Shown piece after piece: positions 56,544-64,000 of a stretch of 64,000 nt of DNA. Origin of the DNA: a virus (lineage: Duplodnaviria > Caudoviricetes); the IMG/VR virus record IMGVR_UViG_3300033066_002329, positions 24,944 through 88,943 of that record, one strand, 5' to 3'. The notes beneath the pieces were generated by a model that saw only the letters and a program-made list of their open reading frames with translations, made no database searches and was not told the DNA's origin. How positions within the stretch are numbered: the stretch's first letter is position 1; each line of letters opens with the position of its first letter. Both the position numbers and the translations under genes were made by a program.

Positions 56544-59500
56544 TTATACTCCTAAAACAATTTGTGAATCAGTAACTCCAGGAAGCACATAACTACCAGT
56601 AGTATTCACTTTTGCAGTTCTATTGGTTTTATCATCTACAAATCTCAATAGCATTAATCTATTATCATTCCTCTTATATGACCAGTGAATCCAATTAGAC
56701 GCAGGCTTTCTTGTTTCCCAAAGTATTTGGTCATATCCAACAGGGTTTTGCTTATACCATGTTAAAATAGCATTTAAAAATTCAAGATTAGCTTTTTGCC
56801 ACTCTATACTACCTTTTGCTCCTATTACAATTTGACTATCAATTGCTTGACCTTTTTGATGTTGAGAAATTTTAGCTCCACCAGAAGGTACATAATTTCT
56901 TTGAGCAGAAGTAATATACCAATTTTTATATAAATTAGGATAATTCTGTTTTAAAAAAGTTGCAAAAGGCCCAAGTACATCAGTTATAAATTCATTTAAA
57001 TTTTGAATAATAACTTCTTTAGTATAAACTTTATCTGTATCTCCAATAGGAATTGCATTATTACCATCTGAAGATTGTGTAAGACGAATAGAATTCTTTA
57101 CAGCTTTTAAATCTGGAGGTAATATAACTCCAGATGTTGTCACCGCACCATTTGGTTTAATGTCAGAACCCCCCTTACTTACAGCAACAGGAGAAGCTGC
57201 ACCTCCAGAACCTCCAACAACTTGGGAGCCACTTGAACCATCTTGTGCTCCAGCTCCTTGGTCTAATACTGCATTAGCAAAATCACCATCTTGAAATTGA
57301 GCTGGAGGTGCAGTAGTAAGTTCAGGTAAATCTTTTAATGTATCTAAAGTTATAGGTTGTATTCCTCCAAATTTTGCTTGACCATAATCCATTCTCATTC
57401 TAATACCTTCTGCGCTTGTTGACATATCATTTGGTTTTATAGAATGTTTTACTTTCATAATTTGATACAATCCATTAAACAATGGAATTGAATCTAAGAA
57501 GAAAAATTGCATAGGGAAAACTTGTGCATTACCTAACATGTCTATAGTAGACTTATAGCTTCTACCTTCCATTACTGGAAGCATAGAGCAATCTGTAGTA
57601 ACTTTTTTATTTTGATTTTCATTATCAACTAATCTTTGTAAATTAACAATACTCTCTGCTGTAGCTTTACTTTCTTGAGTATCAACAGTCACATTTTTTA
57701 CTATCTGATTAGATGGAGAACCAAATTTAACTAAAAAAGTTCCAGGAGGCGCATTGTCTTGTAAATTTTCAGCAAAAGATAATACTGCAGACCCATCATC
57801 ATTAGAAAGCTTAGACCTTGATTCTGGAGTAGGAGCAAATTGTACATAAAAAAAGTTTTTCACTTTTGGTGGACTTACTACTTGTGGCGAAAAAATTTCT
57901 GCTGTTGAAAATGCTGAAGACTCTCCAGGCATTGGTATAAATATAAAATTATTTTTTGTACAAATTTGTTGAATAATATTTAAAACAGTTGTACTGCCAT
58001 TTGGTTTATACAAAGGCTCTATATTAATAAGAGAGTTTTTTACATTAACTTCTTTTCTACCTGGAATAGAACCAAGAGGATAAGCATATAAAAAAGTATT
58101 ATCAGAAGCACTATCTGCTACACTTTGAACTAAATTAAAATCAATATGTTTTGCAGAACCTTTATACCTATTTTCAAGTTCAGCCAATACTTCTCCTCTG
58201 CTAAATCCTTTTGTATCTTGATTATTTGCAGAATCAGAATCTTTTATCATAAGAACTTCCCATTGCTGATATAATACATGCATTTGTTTATATAGCAAAT
58301 CTTTTTGTTCTCCAGATTTACCTAATACATCTGAAATAACTTGATTCCTTTTCTGTTCAACATTGTTAAGCTTTTCTTTAAGCTTAGAACACATTCTTTT
58401 TATATATCCTCTATGAATATTAGAACTTTCATCATTTGCGCCTCCTTTAGCAAAAGGACCAAAAACAAGTTCTGTTTTAGCAGGATGAAAAGCAACAGAC
58501 AAAACAACTCCTTTTGTAGTTATCTTATCTGCAGCTAAATTATCTGGATTACCAAATAAAACTGCTTGTGTAGCGTTAAGTGGCCAACCAGCAAAGAAAT
58601 AACCTTGTGTATCATCTGTATTAGTATTATTTTGAAAAAAAGCATTGCTTGGATTAACCAATCTTGAATAGCTAAGTAATGTTCTTGTAGGAATAACATC
58701 CTCATTCATTCTTTCTACTGGAGTAATAAAATCTGTAGAATTTTCTTTAAAAGGATTCTGTATATTTAAAAATCCAAGAAAATCTTTCTCATCTCTTTGT
58801 GAATCTGCTTCGCTTTTGATTTCTCCATCGCTTTCTGCAGACATAACTTCTTGAGTTTTACCTGCATCAGGACCATCGAACATTACAAAAACATGTTCAT
58901 CATCTGAAACTGTGAATTGTGGATTAAAATATGATATTCCATTATTAATTATTTTTTTTGCTTGTAACTTATTTAAATCAATAAATCTTGAATTTGTAGT
59001 ATCATTTGTTCCTCCATTGCCAGAAATTGGTCTGAAGATTTCAGATATGACTTTTCTAAGAGTAGTTTTTTGCAACCCTTCTACATCTTTATAAACCACA
59101 ATAGAACTTGAACTTGTAGTAGCCCCATCCCAATTTGCAGGTTTTTCAATCATTACTTCATAATCTAATAAATCTGCACTTAAATCATCTCCTGGATTTG
59201 TCAAATATGAATCTATAGAATTTCCCTCAACTAAGACTCCTGTGCTATCAGCAACTCTTAAATTATCACAATCCTCTGTTAATAAATTATCCCAAAATAC
59301 ACAAAAATTCTTTAAAGCTTTAAAGTCAGAATCAGATAATTGACTTATCATAGAGTCTGTTATATTTTCAAGGTCAGCATCAGCAAGAGATATTACATCT
59401 TCTGCTTGCGTTGCTCTATCTGCATTAAGTTTATAAAATTTAGTAGCATAATCACCAGGATAATTTGGGTCTGGACTTCTCACTAAATAACCAACTATCC

Positions 59501-60992
59501 CGCCTCTTACTAAAATATTTTCAGCTATACTTTGATAAAATGGTTTATAAGGATTTTCCTTTAAGGCTTCAAGATTACAAATTCTTTTCTTAATTAAATT
59601 ACTACCAGCTGCATCTGCAGCTGTTGTATCTTCTGCAAGCTCTGTTGCTATACCTTCACTAATCGAGTCAATAAAATCATTTACAAATTGCAATTCTCCT
59701 GTTTCTACTCCAACATCTTTTCCAAAATTTACAGCAGTTGCTGGTTTTTCTTCACTGTTTTCTCCTGATAAACATAAAGGAAAATTTCTGCCAATTAAAT
59801 TAGGGTCATTTTTTCTTGTATTTTCATTATCAATATAACCTCTATAGCCAGCCTCTAATATTCTCCCCATTATATAACCTGCATCTTCAGCTAGTTGTCT
59901 GAAAACTTCACCAATTGTTATTTTTTCTAATTGAGTCTTACTTGAATCGTATGTTTTTCTCTTTATAGCATTTTCAATATTTTCTATATTTTTAGTTATA
60001 AGAGCTTGTCTTGCTGCAACCTTTGCATCAAAATCTGGAACACTTTCTCTTAATACACCTTTTGAAACAGTGTCAAATGTTATTCCAGGTTCAGGATTTA
60101 ACGTTCCTATATTTGCACTTAATAATAAAAAAGCATTAATTCTATTTAAGCCATCAGCGCTATTACCATATGACTTCATTTTCTCGGCACTATCAATAGA
60201 AGAATTTCCAGCACCTTTAGGAGAATTTATTTTTATTCCGCTAAAATTGGGAACTGTCTGATTCCCAACTTGACCATTTATTAATTCATCAAAATTTATA
60301 ACCTTACTAACACTAACTGCATCATAAACTCTAAGAGATTTTAATAAAGTCATTTGTTTTAAAATATTATCAAACTCTTTAGTAGTTTCTTTTGTTTTTA
60401 CTTCAACTTGTTTACCAATTTTTATAAGGTCGAATATAGTTTGAACTTTAGCAAACTCAGCCTCAGCTAAACTTTTTTTCTTTAAAGATTTTACTGCTAA
60501 TAAAAATAAAAATGGCAAATCAGATAAAAATCCCCATTGATTAGGGACAAATTCACACTTTATATCATAACTACCATCACTTGAATCATAAGATACAGAT
60601 GATTTTTTCATATTTAGAACCCATGTAGCTGAATGGCCAAGAAATCCTTTAAATGTAAATAAAAATTTTGGCGGTGGCCAATTAAATAAAACTGAAAAAT
60701 CATTTTCTTCGCCAGTTGTATCTGTTACATCTGAATTAGCAGTTCTTGTTTTTCCAAATACAGTATTACCATATAAATCTTTAAAAGTAATAGTAATAAG
60801 AGGTTGCAATGAAGTATTAACATCTATATCAATATTAGTAATACCAAAACTAATTCCTTTTCTAAAGAAATCAACAGAGAATATTTTTTTACCAGTAAAA
60901 TCCCTTCTAACTCCTTCTACAATAGCCTCAAGCCTTACATCAAGTGTAAGGTCTCTCATATTAAAAGGTCCTGGTTGTTGCTCTAAAGCCAT
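56544..60992 (-). CDS. Large baseplate-hub-like virion protein with a C-terminal M15 peptidase domain
   Basis: 1482 aa; hub-like segment IDMLGNAQVFPMQFFFL...GLYQIMKVKH; C-terminal SQHQKGQAID...WIHWSY. Confidence 0.7.
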   Translation of the reverse strand: MALEQQPGPFNMRDLTLDVRLEAIVEGVRRDFTGKKIFSVDFFRKGISFGITNIDIDVNTSLQPLITITFKDLYGNTVFGKTRTANSDVTDTTGEENDFSVLFNWPPPKFLFTFKGFLGHSATWVLNMKKSSVSYDSSDGSYDIKCEFVPNQWGFLSDLPFLFLLAVKSLKKKSLAEAEFAKVQTIFDLIKIGKQVEVKTKETTKEFDNILKQMTLLKSLRVYDAVSVSKVINFDELINGQVGNQTVPNFSGIKINSPKGAGNSSIDSAEKMKSYGNSADGLNRINAFLLLSANIGTLNPEPGITFDTVSKGVLRESVPDFDAKVAARQALITKNIENIENAIKRKTYDSSKTQLEKITIGEVFRQLAEDAGYIMGRILEAGYRGYIDNENTRKNDPNLIGRNFPLCLSGENSEEKPATAVNFGKDVGVETGELQFVNDFIDSISEGIATELAEDTTAADAAGSNLIKKRICNLEALKENPYKPFYQSIAENILVRGGIVGYLVRSPDPNYPGDYATKFYKLNADRATQAEDVISLADADLENITDSMISQLSDSDFKALKNFCVFWDNLLTEDCDNLRVADSTGVLVEGNSIDSYLTNPGDDLSADLLDYEVMIEKPANWDGATTSSSSIVVYKDVEGLQKTTLRKVISEIFRPISGNGGTNDTTNSRFIDLNKLQAKKIINNGISYFNPQFTVSDDEHVFVMFDGPDAGKTQEVMSAESDGEIKSEADSQRDEKDFLGFLNIQNPFKENSTDFITPVERMNEDVIPTRTLLSYSRLVNPSNAFFQNNTNTDDTQGYFFAGWPLNATQAVLFGNPDNLAADKITTKGVVLSVAFHPAKTELVFGPFAKGGANDESSNIHRGYIKRMCSKLKEKLNNVEQKRNQVISDVLGKSGEQKDLLYKQMHVLYQQWEVLMIKDSDSANNQDTKGFSRGEVLAELENRYKGSAKHIDFNLVQSVADSASDNTFLYAYPLGSIPGRKEVNVKNSLINIEPLYKPNGSTTVLNIIQQICTKNNFIFIPMPGESSAFSTAEIFSPQVVSPPKVKNFFYVQFAPTPESRSKLSNDDGSAVLSFAENLQDNAPPGTFLVKFGSPSNQIVKNVTVDTQESKATAESIVNLQRLVDNENQNKKVTTDCSMLPVMEGRSYKSTIDMLGNAQVFPMQFFFLDSIPLFNGLYQIMKVKHSIKPNDMSTSAEGIRMRMDYGQAKFGGIQPITLDTLKDLPELTTAPPAQFQDGDFANAVLDQGAGAQDGSSGSQVVGGSGGAASPVAVSKGGSDIKPNGAVTTSGVILPPDLKAVKNSIRLTQSSDGNNAIPIGDTDKVYTKEVIIQNLNEFITDVLGPFATFLKQNYPNLYKNWYITSAQRNYVPSGGAKISQHQKGQAIDSQIVIGAKGSIEWQKANLEFLNAILTWYKQNPVGYDQILWETRKPASNWIHWSYKRNDNRLMLLRFVDDKTNRTAKVNTTGSYVLPGVTDSQIVLGV

Positions 60993-61294
60993 TATTTATC
61001 TTTATTATTAGTTATAAATGCATTCACTTCTGCCAATACATCATTTAAAGGAAAAGGTATTCTAATAATTGAATTATTAGGAATATCAAATTCTAAAGCC
61101 CATTCAGGATTCGCCCACATGATTAATCTCCACAGAGTTTCATCCTCATAAATTTGACCAGCTATATAATCAAGTCTCATTAGATTTCGATTATAAGTAA
61201 TAAACTTATCAGTTTTTCTTTTTTTGATTTGCACTGGAGGCATATCTTTTAAAGAATCATTATTTTTTAATGGTTTATAAAAATTAAATGGCAT
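60992..61294 (-). CDS. LysM-like small baseplate protein
   Basis: RLDYIAGQIYEDETLWRLIMWANP...IRIP. Confidence 0.8.
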   Translation of the reverse strand: MPFNFYKPLKNNDSLKDMPPVQIKKRKTDKFITYNRNLMRLDYIAGQIYEDETLWRLIMWANPEWALEFDIPNNSIIRIPFPLNDVLAEVNAFITNNKDK

Positions 61295-61336
61295 AGTTAA
61301 ATATATTTATTATGTTAAAAAAATTAAACAGAAATT

Positions 61337-64000
61337 TTATTTTCTATCTTGATAAAAGCCTCCGCTGTCAGAAGATAATACTGGACCTCCCTTTTGTCCA
61401 CGATATGGACCAATAAATTTAAAATTAATAGTAACTACTGACCACATCGGCTGAACCCTACCTTCATCTAATGTCCAAGGAACATCATCATAATTATTGC
61501 TAACACTATCAACAACAATATCATTATTCCACCAATCTCCTAAGTGAATATGACAAATTGGAGGTCTTGTAAATGAAAAACCAGAACCTTCATCTGCTTC
61601 AGCAGGTCTTGTCATTTTAGCTAAAAATTCCATTTTTGTTAAAAAATCAACCTTATCACCTGAAAAAAAAGCAGGCTGAAAAGCTAAGCTTTTTATCATT
61701 TCATCAATTCTTTTTTTAGAATCTTCTGCTTTATAATCTAAAGCCCCTCTTTCTCTTGACGGAACCGAAGTCATAAAATCATTAATATTACCTACAGTAG
61801 AATTAGTTTCAGAATATACGGTTCCATGATTAGCTTCTACTAATAAATTCTCCTGCTTTTGTTGAATTGAATTTGATTGTTTTTGTAAACTTTCAATATC
61901 TTGTTGTAACACATTCGACTCTGGAGTTCCACCGCTCACAATATTATTATATTGCTTATATTCTTTTTTTGTATTGTTAATTTCTCTTTGTTTTGCTTCT
62001 GCTTCTTGATTTGATAATGCTCTACTTTTATTTTGAGCACTATCTTTAGAAGTGAAATGCTGTCTAGGATTTATTGTAACATCACTAACACTATCAGAAT
62101 TGAAATTTCTACCAATAATTAAATTTTGCGTATAATCAGTTAAAACAATAAATGATATACTACCTTCTCTTGTAGAATTATTATATGTATAAACAGCTTC
62201 TGGTCTTCCAAGAAAATTTACACTATTCCAATTAGCTCCATAACTATCAGAATAATTTTGGATATATGGAGGAAAATAAAATGATTCTCCAGTTGAATAA
62301 TTTTTCAAAGAAAACAATAAAGATTTTGCATTACCAGGTTTATAAGGATTAGCTAGGGTAAATCTCTGTCTTGCAAACTTTGGAGCTCCATCAACTGTTG
62401 TACCAATAACAAATTTCTTTGCATTTTGTACATCATAGTTTATAGTAAATTTCGCTGCATCAGAATTCTTTATTGTATTTATAATATGAGATACACCTTT
62501 AGTTCCTGCTTGAAATTCTATATCCATTAAAGGATTACCAGCAATAGTTTGTGCCATCATTGAAGCTGCTGTACCAACTTCTAAACCGCCTCCTTGCTGT
62601 GGCCTTAGAAGTAATTCAATTCCACCTCCCTTAATATAAGCACCTTCGTTTGCAACAAGCATACCTCTTGGGATAAGATTACTTTGAAGTTGTGAACCTA
62701 TTGCATCATTTCCTCTTAAATATCCTATTGTTTTAGAAATTAAATCTTGAAATCCTTCGTCATTGTTATTTTTAAGAGTAGTCATTGACTCTAAATCTCC
62801 AGGAGTTAATTTATATAAATTATATAAATTTCTTGATAAGTTATAGTTTCTAATCGCATCTGTAATAGAACCAGCAAAAATATTATTTGCATATTCTACT
62901 CCTTTAGCATTTCCAAAAGCCAACATATCTCCTCCTTTAGGAGAAACAGTATTAACAGAAAAAAATCCACCTCCTATTTTAGCTTGTATAGGGCTCGTTC
63001 TCTGTTCAAGAGATGAATCATTAGAACCATATTTTGTTTGTAAATCAACTGAAACTGTTCTATTAAAAATCTTATGTTTTTCAAACATATTATTAACTTC
63101 ATCGCTTACACTTTTTCCAAAATAACCAACAATATTAGCGGATGTAAGTCCCACTGCAGTACCTGGATTATATTCTGAATTTTGAATTTGATATAAATTT
63201 TTAGAAATAAGAGAATTTTTTGTATCATCTGCAGAAGACTTATCTAATGTCATAGAACTTACAAAAGTATCAATATTATATTTTGATGGTTTGTTCTTTG
63301 TCATTAAAATTTGCTTTAATACAATGCCTTGAGTTAAAACTCTTGATACACCTAAAAAAGTTGATGTGCCTATACCTTCTATATTAACACCAAGAGGGTC
63401 TACAGGAGGATTAGCTGATAAATTATTATCTCTAAAAGGTTTTGAAAAAGCTTCTAAGTCTTCGTTCTTTGAAACATTGGCTGATAAGTTATTTTTATAA
63501 TAGTCTCCTGAATCAGTCAACAAGTCACCTCCTCCTGGCACATTCGCAGCAGTATTATTATGTAAAAACGTAGTCGAATCAGTCAATAAATCACCTCCTG
63601 CTGGCACATTCGCAGCAGTATTATTATGTAAAAACGTAGTCGAATCAGTCAACAAGTCACCTCCTGCTGGTACATTTACAGCAGTATTATTATGTAAAAA
63701 CGTAGTCGAATCAGTCAATAAATCACCTCCTGCTGGCACATTCGCAGCAGTATTATTATGTAAAAACGTAGTCGAATCAGTCAACAAGTCACCTCCTGCT
63801 GGTACATTTACAGCAGTATTATTATGTAAAAAAGTCTCTGAATCAGTTAATAAGTCGCCTGTATCTGGTTTATTTGGAGATGTATTATTCTTTAAATAAG
63901 TCTCTGAATCAGTTAATAAGTCGCCTGTATCTGGTTTATTTGGAGATGTATTATTCTTTAAATAAGTCTCTGAATCAGTTAATAAGTCGCCTGTATCTGG
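61337..64000 (-). CDS. Baseplate/tail-associated structural protein, 5'-truncated by the window edge
   Basis: The frame stays open from 64000 (PDTGDLLTDSETYLKNN...). Contains FPPYIQNYSD, WNSVNFLGRPE and PPICHIHLGD motifs typical of tube-initiator-like phage proteins. Confidence 0.75.
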   Translation of the reverse strand, partial: PDTGDLLTDSETYLKNNTSPNKPDTGDLLTDSETYLKNNTSPNKPDTGDLLTDSETFLHNNTAVNVPAGGDLLTDSTTFLHNNTAANVPAGGDLLTDSTTFLHNNTAVNVPAGGDLLTDSTTFLHNNTAANVPAGGDLLTDSTTFLHNNTAANVPGGGDLLTDSGDYYKNNLSANVSKNEDLEAFSKPFRDNNLSANPPVDPLGVNIEGIGTSTFLGVSRVLTQGIVLKQILMTKNKPSKYNIDTFVSSMTLDKSSADDTKNSLISKNLYQIQNSEYNPGTAVGLTSANIVGYFGKSVSDEVNNMFEKHKIFNRTVSVDLQTKYGSNDSSLEQRTSPIQAKIGGGFFSVNTVSPKGGDMLAFGNAKGVEYANNIFAGSITDAIRNYNLSRNLYNLYKLTPGDLESMTTLKNNNDEGFQDLISKTIGYLRGNDAIGSQLQSNLIPRGMLVANEGAYIKGGGIELLLRPQQGGGLEVGTAASMMAQTIAGNPLMDIEFQAGTKGVSHIINTIKNSDAAKFTINYDVQNAKKFVIGTTVDGAPKFARQRFTLANPYKPGNAKSLLFSLKNYSTGESFYFPPYIQNYSDSYGANWNSVNFLGRPEAVYTYNNSTREGSISFIVLTDYTQNLIIGRNFNSDSVSDVTINPRQHFTSKDSAQNKSRALSNQEAEAKQREINNTKKEYKQYNNIVSGGTPESNVLQQDIESLQKQSNSIQQKQENLLVEANHGTVYSETNSTVGNINDFMTSVPSRERGALDYKAEDSKKRIDEMIKSLAFQPAFFSGDKVDFLTKMEFLAKMTRPAEADEGSGFSFTRPPICHIHLGDWWNNDIVVDSVSNNYDDVPWTLDEGRVQPMWSVVTINFKFIGPYRGQKGGPVLSSDSGGFYQDRK
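63410..64000 (-). repeat. 66-bp in-frame tandem repeat (22 aa, GDLLTDSxTFLHNNTAxNVPAG and variants)
   Basis: Period 66 verified at 63840/63906/63972; about 8 good units of two subtypes plus a degenerate one. Confidence 0.95.

Noticed and set aside
282-60261. Short opposite-strand or nested ORFs (e.g. 282-560, 1141-1482, 3062-3250, 10399-10590, 22927-23148, 25367-25609, 37512-37820, 40116-40442, 49422-49874, 58341-58538)
   Set aside because: Fully overlap well-supported genes and show shadow-frame composition.
1-64000. Stop-codon reassignment (code 15/4) as in some jumbo phages
   Set aside because: Conserved genes are uninterrupted in code 11, TAG TAG ends a gene just before a terminator (13654-13659), and no suppressor tRNA is seen.
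63410-64000. CRISPR array or DGR template/variable repeat
   Set aside because: Units are contiguous, in-frame and spacer-less; no adenine-specific variation, cas gene or reverse transcriptase.

Overview
AT-rich 64-kb segment of a jumbo bacteriophage genome, mostly encoded on the minus strand and read in genetic code 11. Repeated TAnnTTTG promoters, A-rich starts without Shine-Dalgarno motifs and signal peptides cleaved before Gln point to a Bacteroidota host. Contents: (1) an envelope operon (PspA-like, coiled-coil, secreted Ppx/GppA-like, substrate-binding/OmpA fusion, ABC permease and ATPase); (2) a tRNA/TrpRS operon (3 Ser, 2 Trp, 2 Arg, one D-arm-less Arg-like RNA); (3) nucleotide-pool enzymes; (4) a TROVE/Ro60 gene; (5) a PrsW protease; (6) a ClpC gene fractured by an atypically split intein; (7) a replication block (SSB, UvrD, DnaQ-like, sigma70, NrdAB, DnaB-like, 5'-3' exonuclease, RecA/UvsX, PolA); (8) the start of a baseplate block. 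The strongest signals are non-coding. First, a complete four-segment transcription attenuator sits directly upstream of the tRNA array, and its leader peptide has 12 consecutive Arg/Trp/Ser codons, exactly those read by the downstream tRNAs. This would be a sensor of tRNA depletion. Second, a Y-RNA-like stem doubles as the antiterminator of the Ro60 gene. Third, nine (TG)AAAC-N16-CGTA ECF/sigmaW-type promoters occur in a genome that also encodes PrsW. All base pairings were assigned by eye, and novelty could not be checked against databases or literature.
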